A stretch of 58,625 bases of DNA, filler included, from Sphacelaria rigidula (taxonomy: Eukaryota), in NCBI GenBank assembly GCA_964200075.2. It is 10 parts of 10 records of this genome, joined end to end, with 100 filler letters (N's around TTAATTAATTAA, not from the genome) between each part and the next. Parts side by side here need not be neighbours in the genome. Positions count along the whole stretch, not along the records: positions 17,620 to 23,392 come from CAXNAA020024581.1; positions 23,493 to 29,265 come from CAXNAA020024582.1; positions 29,366 to 35,137 come from CAXNAA020024583.1; 7 more parts are not named here. The stretch is one strand, 5' to 3'. Positions within the stretch are counted from its first letter, which is position 1. Each line of letters opens with the position of its first letter. Position numbers and translations under genes: made by a program. Below, one piece after another: positions 23,170-34,887 of the stretch. The notes under the pieces were generated by a model that was not told the DNA's origin, made no database searches, and saw only the letters and a list, made by a program, of their open reading frames with translations.

Positions 23170-24489
23170 CTGAATTGCCTGCCTCGCTCTTCCTATCGCT
23201 CGACGTCCAGAAAACCGCTAGGGAAATCACCCCTGCTAATCACCCGCTATTCTCAAAATATACTTTTCTCGAATAACTCTTATCCCTGGAACGTACTTCA
23301 CATCGTGCCTACCGGTGCACCCACCTATAACAGTGTTTTCGTGAGATTGAGAGTAGATGATACGATTGAGAGTGAAATGCGGTCAATCAGTTNNNNNNNN
23401 NNNNNNNNNNNNNNNNNNNNNNNNNNNNNNNNNNNNTTAATTAATTAANNNNNNNNNNNNNNNNNNNNNNNNNNNNNNNNNNNNNNNNNNNNGGTTGGTG
23501 TGGGCGGGTCTGGGTGGGGGTGGGGTGGTGGGTGGGGGGTGGGGGGGTTGTGGTGTGGGGGTGGGGGGGGGGGGGGGGGTTACTCATGATCATGCGTACT
23601 AGGAAATGGGTCAAAACTTCTGGGAGCGCACAACATTCACACCACCCCCGCAAATGCATCCCACCAAGAATTTTGGGACCTCCGTGCCGTTGTTTAAATC
23701 TACCAAGCCTCCCGTCAAAACGCGTACGCTTCGAAACGGCCGTGGTATACTGAAACCCATATATTTTTATAACGAGCGGACAAACGAACATTGCAAGATA
23801 TCACGTGCATAATGGTCGACTTCGTTTGTACAATGAACTGAGGAATGTAGTCCTTTTGGTCCCTACCCAGATTCGCCTGTTGCCAGGTATATTAGTTGGT
23901 TCGTAGCCGAGCTAACGTGCTCTGGCCATCATATTGCACTGCCATAAACGCGAGAGGGCGCATATCCTGCTCGGGCACATTCGCTGGACCCCACCATCAC
24001 CAAGTCATGTCGACCCCAAGCATGTTACCAAATAATGTCGAAATGGAGACGTAGTACAGCTACAGCAACGACGACCTCGCAAGGTCAATTTTGCGGCATC
24101 ACAAAAGTGGGATATTGCACTACGAGTCTCAAGGCCCACCTTCGGATCAACGTCTTTAGAACGGGATAATATTTACCGGGACAGAATGATAACTCGCTCA
24201 CAAACATGCAGCGATCGAAGAAACGGAAACACGAAGCGGAGGACATGCATCAACAGGCACCGATATCCAATCAACACCACCAACAGCAACTGCCTCGTGA
24301 GCATGCGAGACCGTTACGTACGACTACATACTACACCGGACACGACCCATGGTATCATATATGGATATCACTAATCGAACCGAAAAAAACAATCACCAAC
24401 ACCACGCCACCTTGAGAACCAGTCAGAATCAGGCCTACGCACGGGTACACCACTCAACAACAAACAAGACATCTACGCTTTGCACACGA

Positions 24490-27207
24490 TCACGCACTCT
24501 CCTCTGTCTTCATGGCACGCGCGATGCCCCATAGGGCAGCAACTGCGCCTACAAACAATACACCGTACACTGTTCCCCCCATCGCCTCGCTAGTACCGTT
24601 CACGGAAGCTGCTTCTTCCCCTACCCCTTGTCCTCCTGCGTTTTTTCCCGATGAGGAGTCTACTCCGCTTGCACCTGCCGATCGCTTTCCATCTCCTTTT
24701 GATGTACCACCGCTCCCACTCTGATGCAGGGCACGATTGAAGTAAAAGAAGGAAGTAAATAACTGCACCAATACTACATGTTAGAGTCATGGGCGATACG
24801 AGTCATGGGCGATACGTAATATCCAATAAGCATTAAAGTTGGGCTCGGGATGAAGTACAGATGATGTTGATATATTATTTCAATCCACGCGAATTCGGGT
24901 GCAGGACAGATATGCCATACCGTGCGGGATGAGGAGTCAATTCTGTTGCGCATAATTACAACCACACACGCCAACAACCAACCATTCGCTCATGCGCGAG
25001 AGCCCTCAAAGCCTAAAATACTGCTCAAGACACACACAGAAACACAACCCGTGCAGACTAGAAAATTATTTTCCACGCACATGTACGAGCCAACTATTTT
25101 TTCGGGTGACGTTTTTCTTTAAACATCCGGAAACGCACCAAGACCCCTCATAAAAAAAGTACACAGGCCGGAACAGCTATTATATGAAAGAAAGGCTGTT
25201 GCACCATAGAGAAAACTGCACCAATCCAACGAGTCCCAGTCTGACCAGTATGGCCGAGACTCCTTAAAGTCACGAGCAACTGTTTTTTCACCAGTAATTC
25301 GTAGGCCCAAGTCTCGATTCCTACGATTTACCATGAACATTGAGTGGCCAGGTACAACATGAGCCAGACTCGTTCTCATTTTTGCCGAATGACTCGTGGG
25401 ACTCGAGTCAGACTTGATTGCAAAAACTCGTAGGACTTCGAGTCAGACTCGTCTTCATGTTTTTCTACCCGCAACCCACATTTGTCTTTTTTTTCTTTCT
25501 GAAGAGCTCGTACGGATTCAATCATACCACTCTGGACCAACAAAAGCAGCCGATACGGATCAAATTGCTGCATAACTTTTGCCCACCTTCAATTCTTTGA
25601 ACACTGTTTGGAGAGCCCGGCATCAGCACGGCTGTGCTTTCTTCATTTTCATGACCCCGTTTTTTGTACACTATATTATTTCTTGCTTCTCTTTCAATTT
25701 TTACTTCTGTTTATGGGAAGAAAAAAAAAAACGTTCGGTAAACAAAATGCATGGTAATTTCTCAAGAAGGGGTTTCGACGGGTGGCTGAAACACGCGTAA
25801 AACAAACGAAAAAAAGGGTTTCAGCCACCCGTGAGATGAAGCGAAACTTCGTATATATTTGCGGTCAGGATGGAGGAGGTTAAATGTCCCTAAAATCGAC
25901 CCGGTTTGCCCTGGAAAAACCCCGGCTATCCCCGAAGTATTTCATCAATGCCCTTCACTTGTTTTCCCCCGAGTGTCTCCGGTGTTGACTACCACCTCAT
26001 CTTGCAATAGCATGTACGCAATGTCTCACTCTGTTATATTCGTGAAATCGGCCTGTGACTCCGGGCCACCCGTTCTCGCCACTCATTTCGGTCCAGAGTG
26101 GTACAGGAAACGCGGTAAGAGGGGTAATGCGAAAGATACCAAGCCAAGCTCATCTTGGTACGTACGGTACAGCATACGGAACGAGCGTCAAGTGACCTCA
26201 CGAGTCCATAGTGCTCAGTCTCCAGAGTCAGGCCCGATGGTATACAGCACAATCTGTGCGATTCTGCACAGTACGCACACTTTGGCCGAACAACGCCAAA
26301 GCTTGCAGGGGTGTGTTGGGGCAGGGTAAATATCCAGGTACCTACCCTCCCGAATCTTCGATTGCGATGGTCCGATCTCCGAACTCTAAACAAATATTGG
26401 GTGAAGTGAGGTACGAAAGCAATACACTTCCCAATTTTCGGGTATTGATGAGCACGACCTCAACACTTCAGACACGACCTAAGTTTTGGGGTACTTCAGA
26501 CGACGATTTCGTCAACGTACTCAAATGTAGGACATATCCTACCCTACACAACAAACCCTTGAAAAACTTGCAGTACAGTGGATACTCCAGATCACTGTCC
26601 TAGTGATGAAACCGCGGACTTGGGTCGAGCTGCACCTAGCGGTTGGTTAGCAATGAGACGAATGGTTTTGGCTAGATACAGTTATTATCCACGTGAAATG
26701 TCACCATCGGAAGCATTAAGAGGGTCGGACAAATAATCATTCGTCTGGAAAATACTTGGTTTTAGTATGATTGATTCAACTCATACGAATCAATTCATAG
26801 GCTCTGATTTCAGCGTTGCAACCCAGGTACACGCAGCCCACACGCGGGGAATGGCGCAAAAGTTGCGTGGATACCCCTTGGACCAGCGGTCAGCTTTTTT
26901 TTTTTTTTTTTTGCTATTAGGCCGAAGAAATCGTGGATTTGGTGATTCGTAGTCGTGATGATTCGTCCTAACCGTGAAGCTTGCATTACCGTCGATACGC
27001 GACGTGATTTCGGCCTGCCGGTATGCCATTTTTTTGTGGATCCGCTACAGGTACTGCACACACAACAACTGGAGCAGGGCTCACCGATCCTGCTGCCGCG
27101 GCTTCCTTCTTTCGTCGCTCGTGCAGCTCCACAAGCTCTGGGAAAAGTTTGCGAAACGCAACATTTTTGCAGTTGAACTCCAGAGACTCCGCCGCATGCT
27201 TGCGTTT
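24490..27207 (-). CDS. UBE2J2: Ubiquitin-conjugating enzyme E2 J2 / Ubc6-like, last exons with C-terminal TM anchor
   Basis: Exon 27207-27085 KRKHAAESLEFNCKNVAFRKLFPELVELH resembles the Ubc6 post-UBC motif (KR.LA..SL.FN.K...F..LFPE). Phase-0 last exon 24720-24490 ends in hydrophobic VYGVLFVGAVAALWGIA + short tail. Confidence 0.75.
26780..26975 (+). repeat. Dispersed repeat, second copy at ~35880-36075
   Basis: CATACGAATCAAT..TTTCAGC.TTGCAAC.CAG.TAC.CGCAGCCCA..GGAATGGCGCAAAA.TTGCGTGGA is present in two unlinked contigs. Confidence 0.8.
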
Positions 27208-27332
27208 CTGAGCACAGTAGTGAGGGAAGTAAATTTTGACGGGCAAAGACAAAAAAATGAGCTGAACGCAGCCGAGTGAATCAATTGCTCATGTGATGGC
27301 GCGGCTGAATGTACATGATATATAGCCGCCGC

Positions 27333-27660
27333 GCCCCGGTGGTGTAGTGGTCGGACTGTCGCCATTAGGGTGGACAGAACGGGGGATCAGTTCCCGATGT
27401 GTTGGGTTTTTTCTTCGTAGTATGTAATTTCTACCTTGGAAAGCGTGAGAAGGTGAGAAACAAAAGTAGATGACTGAGTTCGTTTGACGCGAGTTGACGC
27501 GGTGCGGGAGTGCTGATAGTCATGACCCAATCTGCGAGACCAAAATGCAAGGCGTGTACCGGGGAGAGATGGGTTGATCCTTGGAGACCACGGACTCGTC
27601 CCGTGGAAGGAAAGGGGTTCAAAGTGCGACAAAAATAAATGAAAAAATAACACGGAGTAA
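27333..27660 (+). mobile_element. tRNA-headed SINE family S1, near full length
   Basis: A-box-like GGTGGTGTAGTGG and degenerate B box GGGATCAGTTCCC. 3' body shared with 31655-31790 (-) and 690-800 (-). A-rich end runs into (AAT)n. Confidence 0.7.
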
Positions 27661-27845
27661 TAAACAATAATAACAGTAATAATAAATGATAGTGATGATG
27701 ATAATGATAATGATAATGATAATGATAGGAAAAAGAACATTATATATATTGATAATAATGATTATAAGAATAATAAGAAGAAGAATTAATAAGAATAATA
27801 ACAATAATAATAACAATAATAATAAAATTAATAATAATAATATAT
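27655..27845 (+). repeat. (AAT)/(GAT)-rich microsatellite, likely SINE tail expansion
   Basis: Visible AATAATAAC/GATAAT repeats directly after the SINE 3' end. Confidence 0.85.
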
Positions 27846-28647
27846 AAAGATATACGAGGTGTTATCGACAGCTGTTTAGTTTTCCGTACGCAGCTAATAG
27901 GGAGCTTACGCCATGTACTAAAGACGACGCTTGCCATGATTCAAAGGTCCAAGATGGTAGATGATTGAAGGGAGGAAGGCCTCGTGTGTGAGATTTGGTG
28001 TCGGAACGATCACGTCCGGAACAACGAGTTACTTTATATAAGCAACAAGACCCCCCCTCAGAAGTGACAAAATAAACTACGTTTATGCAAACCCATTAAC
28101 GACTGAATGGCAAACCCGACTGTGTGTGGATTACGAAAAGTGAGTGTACATGGACTTGCACTTGGATTTTAGTGAATGCATTTGACGTGAAAACGGCTCC
28201 TACAATACTCCTTCACACATCCTTGGGCGAATGCTCTAGAGTTGTGAACCGGCTGTCAGTTTAACTGGTCAGTTTCAGCCAACCGGTATTACTGGAAAAC
28301 CGAACGGTGTCAATTCCTGTCAACCACTTATTAATAATTTCCGCGATTGACTGTCGCACGTTAACTGATCCCCGAAGGACATTATCCAGCCTTGCCTCGG
28401 TCAGTATCCACCAGATAGGTGTAACCAAGGTAAAAACAAAACGGAAACGCCCTCTAAGGCTGCTCCTCATGGCAAACAGAAAATATATATATATCCTGTT
28501 CAAACTGCCGCTTTGGTCCTTCTTCATCGTTTTACGCTGTACAAGTGGGCTAGGCGGATTTTGACACCTTGGAATGGCTTGCTCTACTCGTTGGGACCGT
28601 TCCAGGACACCTTTGCGTTTGCCGGGGGCCGCAGCTTTTTTTTCTCA

Positions 28648-28720
28648 AGGGGGGGGGGGTGTACTCATTCGACTTGCCTTGGTCGTTTGACGATTGACTA
28701 CGGTCCGTTCGAAACGGAAC
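28648..28720 (-). mobile_element. Degenerate LINE family A 3' end in G-runs
   Basis: G12-TGTACTCATTCGACTTGCCTTGGTCGTTTGACGATTGAC. G-runs also follow downstream. Confidence 0.7.
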
Positions 28721-29090
28721 AGAGTTTTTTGGGGGTTTTGGGGGTTTTGGGGGGGGGGGGGCAAGGGGAGGGTGCAAACTTGCATTCTTGTCCAAGAACG
28801 GTCAAGAACGGTCAAATCTTGAAAAAACTGCCCCTTTTTTCTGGACTTGACCGTCGTTGGACAGAAATGAAATATTGATGAAAATAATAAAATTGCGGCT
28901 ACCGGAAAACGCAAAGGTGTCCTGGAACCGTCACAACGAGCGGAGAAAGTCTTTCCAACGCGCCAAAACCCTCTCAGCCCTCTTCAGATGGGAAAATGAC
29001 GCCCAAGGACCGAAATGGCAGACATACAGGATCTTCCTTGTTCAGTATTGTTTGGTATAAAAAGCAGCCTCAAGAAAAGAAGCACGGCGC

Positions 29091-29260
29091 GGGGGGGGGA
29101 GGGGGGGGGGGCGTATGATCATGTATGCCATAGCCATCAGACAATTGACTTCGCATCCCTACAACGCCGGGACGAAGCACGCCGGGTTTTCGCCGGACCA
29201 GCGGGGGGGGGGGGGGGGGACCCGTTTGTTGCTTGCCTTGTCCTTTTGACCGTTGGACCG
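29091..29260 (-). mobile_element. Stacked family B and family A 3' ends separated by G-runs
   Basis: G-run, family B end (29113-29200), G17, then family A end (GTTTGTTGCTTGCCTT..TTGACCGTTG). Confidence 0.75.
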
Positions 29261-29869
29261 GAGAANNNNNNNNNNNNNNNNNNNNNNNNNNNNNNNNNNN
29301 NNNNNNNNNTTAATTAATTAANNNNNNNNNNNNNNNNNNNNNNNNNNNNNNNNNNNNNNNNNNNNCTGATGCGCCCACATATCCCGAAAGGGGTAGACTG
29401 GCGTCCAGAATAAATGGGACGACAACACACACACACATGGCATTGTCACTGGAACCGTTATGCCCGACGACCGACTACCCCACACTTATGCAACAGAGGA
29501 AGAACATGCATTATACATTACAATATTATACACCCATGAGGCCCGTTGTCTCGGGGAACAAGTCACGCCTCTCGTACCGCGGGGTCACTCATGGATGAAA
29601 ATGTTATATTTAGTGCACAAGCAATAGCTTCCGCAATACCCGGCGAAGGCAAATGCTATGTATTAGATGTCTTTTTTCCTTCTTTTTTTTTTCAAAATAC
29701 AGTATGGCCAGACGGGTCTATAGTAGATACTACAACAGTGTGTTGAATCGTGTCATTTGAGTGTAAAGTCAGGCACTTGTTCTTCAGCACTCAGCGCAGA
29801 CCTGCGTTAGATACATGAAGTAACCGATGTTTTCACTCGAGTACGGCCATACCGCTTTGCAATAATTGT

Positions 29870-30015
29870 GTAACCCCTTGACTGCGAGCGTCGCCTCGGA
29901 ACAGTTTCATAGACTGACAGTCCAGGGACATCCAGGGGTTGCCGGGGGGCGGGGCGTGGTTCTTGACAGGGGGGTGGGAGCCCGTTTGCAGAACAGCCAA
30001 AAAGTTCATGAAGTC
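29870..30015 (-). repeat. Dispersed repeat, second copy at ~52085-52250 (+)
   Basis: GGACTGTCAG.CT.TGAAACTGTTCCGA.GCGA..CTCGC is shared between two contigs. Confidence 0.7.
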
Positions 30016-30388
30016 AACCATGTGTATTTGGAAGTTCTTCACGGAAAATTCTAAGCCACAAACGAGGCCGTAGAGGAGCGGAGTGGCCGTTGTAAGAGCT
30101 GTGATTGATCAAAATGATCACATCAGATGGATTGAGACGGTCTACCTCGCAGTCAAAAGGTTTCACACTTGTTGCAAAGCGGTATGGTCATACTCCAGTG
30201 AAAGCACCGGTTACTCTATGTTTCTCAACCGTATTTCCATTTTGGTAAAAATGATCTCATTCAACCATAGTTCGTACAAGAGGGCGGCAATATTTTTTGC
30301 ATCTGCTGTCGACGTCCGCTCCCTTCTGAAGTTTATGCATGAATTCGAGATATATGCCCCCTATTTATTATATTGATGGTTTACGCAG

Positions 30389-30499
30389 GAGCGAAACCGG
30401 GAGCATGCAAAACGGTCGCGCATCCGGAAGAAATTCCTGCTGGAGTGCTTACAGGAGCAGCTGCTCGCCATGCGGAAGCATAACATGGCTCTGAGACAG
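30389..30499 (+). CDS. Aureochrome-type bZIP exon
   Basis: AG/GT-bounded 37-codon exon ERNREHAKRSRIRKKFLLECLQEQLLAMRKHNMALRQ. ERNREHAKRSR.RKKFLLE is the aureochrome basic region. No LOV exon was recognised in this contig. Confidence 0.82.
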
Positions 30500-30593
30500 G
30501 TACTGTACTGTACCGTACCGTACCGTACCGTACCGTACCGTACCGTACCGTACCGTACCGTACCGTACCGTACCGTACCGTACCGTACCGTAC
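30500..30593 (+). repeat. (GTACC)n pentanucleotide microsatellite starting at the intron donor
   Basis: GTACTGTACT then ~16 GTACC units. Confidence 0.97.
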
Positions 30594-31029
30594 AATCAAC
30601 AGTTCAGCAGGAGCGTCTTTTGGCGAGATACGCGAATGCGATTGGTATCATTTCGGTTACTGTAGGGGATAGCAGGAGACATGGAAATTTCCGGACGGCT
30701 ATGATGTAGTGATGAAAAGTACTTTTCTGTTCTGAAGAAGTAGCTTACTCTTGTAGCGATGAGAATTCATGAAATTCTGTACATCCAAAATATTGCAAAA
30801 AAAAAGAAGGGAAGAAATCAAGCTACAAGGGGCGCTTTTTTTTCTCCAATTTCGGGAGGTTCACGAGCCCCTTTGGCTGGCTAGACCGCCAATTCACAGA
30901 TCTTGAGTTGAGGATCAAATATTTACGTGGTTTTTGGTGGTATCGCCATCTGGCCTGATGTTGTTGCCGCTGTTGCTGCTCTTGATGCTACTGACAACGT
31001 GAACGCTGAATTTTTGGTCGATTCCCCCT

Positions 31030-31225
31030 ACCGTGGCCGTCTCTGGAAGTGGCGACACCAGAAAATAAGCCAACTCACTCACGTAGGCTGTCATCCATAT
31101 GCAAGATGACCAATACGCTTCCGGCCGAACAATGTTAGCAGGATGCAGGTCACCCTCCATGGGACTCGCCGAGTACATCACGGCGCTTCGTGCTTGGTCA
31201 TTGATTACGAGCCTGGTCCACCAAA
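31030..31225 (+). mobile_element. Family B retroelement fragment
   Basis: CCGTGGCCGTCTCTGGAAGTGGCGACACCAGAAAAT..GTGCTTGGTCATTGATTACGAGCCTG matches the reverse complement of 6710-6895. It starts after a C-run. Confidence 0.7.
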
Positions 31226-31654
31226 AACCGGTATACCGCCTGTATTTTCGCCGAAAGCCAGTATAGCTGAAAAAGTCTCACGAGCAATGCAACAAATGCA
31301 GCCACCTGATTGGTCAAATCACGCCGCCAACCGAGTTCTGGCCAAAGACACGTGCGGTGTACCTTTCAGTGCCAACTCAGTTTGGCTTTCACCGGCTTTT
31401 TTGGCTATGACTTGACCGGTTTTTGGCGATCGACGTGCCTGACCGCAGCTCTCCGGTCAGCCCCAGAACTTGTGCACATCACCATACTCCCTGCTTCCTT
31501 TCACACGTCGGACAGATCGTGATTTGTTTGCAACTAACCAAAGAAAAATCTCGAGTCCGTTTGTCCAAAAACACGAAATATGTGACCGCGGAGTCAGAAA
31601 GGCCAAGGCGCAACCTTTGCACTACTCGGCGTGCTCAGGGTCCGGCGCTTTTTT

Positions 31655-31790
31655 GTTTTTTTTCCTCCACACTTTGAACCCCTCCCCTTCCTCGGGATGA
31701 ATCCGTGATCACAAGGGATCAACCCATCTCTCCCCAGGTACGCGCCTTTCATTTTGGTCTCGCGCGGATTGGGTCAGCACTCCCGCACCG
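31655..31790 (-). mobile_element. SINE S1 3' fragment
   Basis: CACTTTGAACCC..GGATCAACCCATCTCTCCCC..CATTTTGGTCTCGC..CAGCACTCCCGCACCGC is the reverse complement of ~27498-27627. Confidence 0.75.
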
Positions 31791-32217
31791 CTGTAAGGAG
31801 CAAACGTGGAAAAGGGGGGCCAAATGATCTATATACCATATATCATGATCCCGATCAGTATCCTGAAAATAAGTAATTTTCAGACGGATCATGATCTGTC
31901 CGACGTGTGCTACCTTTCAGAGGCTGGCCGCTAAATATCGGGAGTTTTGTTTTGTCATTCTGAGTATCACCGTCCAAACCCATGAAGGGCCCTACCCACA
32001 ATCACGCGGCGGTTTCACAGCTTCGAAGGGGACGGGCAATTTGTATCACGGGCGGAGCAAGAAAAAACAGTTGATTGAAAACAGAATGCACATTTCACTC
32101 GCTGACTTGTCTCCGACTGGCGAGGGGTGTCGAGTCAACTAATGGGAAAGAGATTGAAGCGGCTGCTGCCTTTTGTTCACCCCCCAAAAGTAATGGACAA
32201 AACGAACAATCTGGAGA

Positions 32218-32219
<2 letters not shown>

Positions 32220-32257
<38 letters not shown>

Positions 32258-32275
32258 AGAGAGAGAGAGAGAGAC
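32220..32275. repeat. (CT)n-(GA)n self-complementary microsatellite inside the LINE 5' region
   Basis: TCTCTC...TCGAGAGAG...; visible directly. Confidence 0.95.
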
Positions 32276-34630
32276 GGTAAGGAAGGACGGGTGGAGGAGT
32301 AAAGAGTGTACGGGGAAAGCACTAGGAGTGCTGGTATTCGGAGTCCGTAGCGATATGACGAGAACGGCGTCTAATAGGAAATGCAACGGAGTTGGGTTAT
32401 ACTGTGTAACAGCAGGGGAAGTAGAAAGGGAGGGAGAACACTTTCGAGTCACGCTAAAACAGAGCGCGAGCAAGGAATGGAAAATGATTGAGACAAGTAA
32501 GGTGTCGGCATGGGTTAGTAGGAGGGTAGGATGGAGAGTATACATAGCTAATGGAAAAACAAACGGAAGACATAAGTGCACGAGTAAACGGAGGGAAAGA
32601 GAAGCAGGAACAGGTAAGTGCCCGGGAGGGGAAGGGGAGGGGGGTAGCGGCCCGAAGCAGATGGACAAAAATCAAACTGGAAACGGAAAGGACAATCAAG
32701 CAAGGAAAAGTAGAGGTAAAACGACGGAGAGAGAACAGTAGGCAATAGGAGAGCAGATAATGATTCAGAAAGGAAGTTGAGAATAGGATCGTGGGACGTG
32801 TGTGGATTCGCCACAGACAAGCGCAAAATAATGGAGATAGCGCAATAAGTAAATGAACGCGACCTAGATTTAGAGGGAATCCAAGAGTCATGGGAGAAAG
32901 AGGGGGGCGGAAATAGGTGCAAAGTTGAAAAGTACGCGTGGATACGGAAAAAGCGGAAGGGACATAGCCCCAAGAGCAGGGGAGCGGAGGGAGTGGGACT
33001 CCAAGAAATACCTGTGTGGCATTATAGGAGTGATGGACGACACGAAATTCGACGAGAGCATATGGATGAGAGTACTAGGAAAGCGGGGAACGAAGGACTT
33101 CTTTGTAGGGAATATCTACAAGCCCCAAGAATGGAAGAGGAGGGTGAACGATATTCGGCGGAGGTTTGCAGAGGTAGCAGCAGATGTTCAGAAGTATAAA
33201 ACGGCAAGGAGAAGCAATGTTCGTGGGAGGTCTTGATGCAAGGGTAGGAAAAGCAGGTAGGTCAACAGGATGGTATCATTGGGCAATACGGGGAAGACGA
33301 GACAAACGCGAATGGCGTAGAAATGCTGAAGTTCCTCGATAATAACGAGATGAAGACGCTGAACGATAGACCACAAAAGCCAGAGACACAGTGGACATGG
33401 ACTAGAAAATGCGAAGACGAGAGAGAATGCTGCGTTCTTGACTACGTATTGGTGGAGCATGGAACTAGTAGAGAAATGGAAGTACATGTATGCGCGGAGG
33501 AAGTGGGAACTGCAGATAATTGGCGGGGTAGGAAGTTGTACAAACGGGGAATCGATAAACTAGACATGAAAGAAAAACGGAAAGAATTCCAAGAAAAGAT
33601 GGCCAAAGATGCAGTGAAATTTTCCGAGTTGTTAGAACCCGTAGGTACAGTTGATACCCGAATGGAGAGAAATCGGGCAGGAGCGAAGATCATAGAAGGA
33701 TGGGAGCAGATGGTCAAGAAGACAGCAAGCACAGTCAAAGGGTAGAAATTGATGGTACGTAACAGAGCCGTAAAATGGTGGAATGAGGAAGTAAAAGGGG
33801 TTATCCGAGTAAGGAGAGCGAGATGCATATCGAGGTAAACTACGGTAAGATGGGAGGAGAATGCTAAAGCTCGAAAGGAAGTAAAACATTTGGTACAGAA
33901 GAAAAAGAAGGAAGTATGGGAAGATGTAGTGAAGGAAACAAATGAAGATTTCGATGGCGGGATGAAAGGATGAACAAACGTGGGCAGGGACAAAAGGGAT
34001 AACGGGAAACCAGGCAGGAAACGTAGGCAAGGGGATAGCTACACTCCGGGCACAGAACGGTGAAATGGTCAGCATTCGAAGGGGAAGAGAGAAGTGCTAG
34101 TCGAGCACTACTGTAAACTAGGAACACCAGAAACTGACACGAAGTTCGACACGGAATTCGAAAAAGAAATCAACGCGTGGGCAGAGGCAAATGTAGAGAC
34201 GTCAAAACGGGACGATAGAGACTCGAAAGAATTGCACAAAGAAGTAAAGGAGTACGTAACTAAACTCGAGAACCGAACGGCAGCAAGGGCAGACGAGACA
34301 GCGAGTTAATTTCTAAAGTACGGGGGAAAGGGAATGATTGCCATGATGGTTATGCTGTATAACTGGATATGTGAAAACGAGTACACACCCAAGAGGTGGA
34401 GAGAAGGTGTAGTTGTCAATCTCTTCAAAAAAGAAGACACGGCTGACCCAGGAAACTATAAAGGGATAACGCTACTGAGCACGGTAGGGAAAACATTCTG
34501 TAAGATTCTGACCGATAGAGAAGGAACGATGCTAGAAAAGGAGGAAATCAGCGAGAGGCAAACAGATTTCAGACCAAACCGTAGTTGCGTAGACCATGTG
34601 TACACACTATGTAAGATTATTCAGGATAGG

Positions 34631-34887
34631 GAGCAATGCTACGGAAGGGGTGCACTTTTTTCGCGGAATGTAGTCTGGTTCAGGGGTTCCTTACGATTCT
34701 AGAAGCACAAGAATATAAGTCAGGGCATCCCCGCTTGCAGATTCATTCGGGATATTTCCAGCACATTGGAATAGTAATCCTGGCGTACTTTCGCATATTT
34801 TCATAAGTCGTGTTTTGGGTGAGATAAAGGGCTCCTCACAATTCTAACCTCGGAAAATATGTGTGCACCCCTACCGTAGCATCACTC
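34631..34887. mobile_element. 257-bp MITE (family M3) inserted in the LINE RT, TSD TAGG
   Basis: TIRs GAGCAATGCTACGGAAGGGGTGCAC / GTGCACCCCTACCGTAGCATCACTC. TAGG at 34627-34630 and 34888-34891. Removal restores ...KIIQDRKDTG. Same end at ~47291-47315 and ~54375-54398. Confidence 0.88.

Noticed and set aside
26000..26260. Minus-strand coding-like frames with in-frame TGA (possible recoding or selenocysteine)
   Set aside because: No recognisable family or SECIS. The stretch lies in a Ubc6-like intron whose flanking exons join in frame without it.
28725..28761. T4G5 telomere-like repeat
   Set aside because: Only three units, next to a G-run insertion site. It is not the TTAGGG-type repeat expected and may be low-quality sequence.
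31221..31426. 12-bp inverted repeat CCAAAAACCGGT suggesting a MITE
   Set aside because: The left arm overlaps family B sequence, and I found no TSD or second copy.
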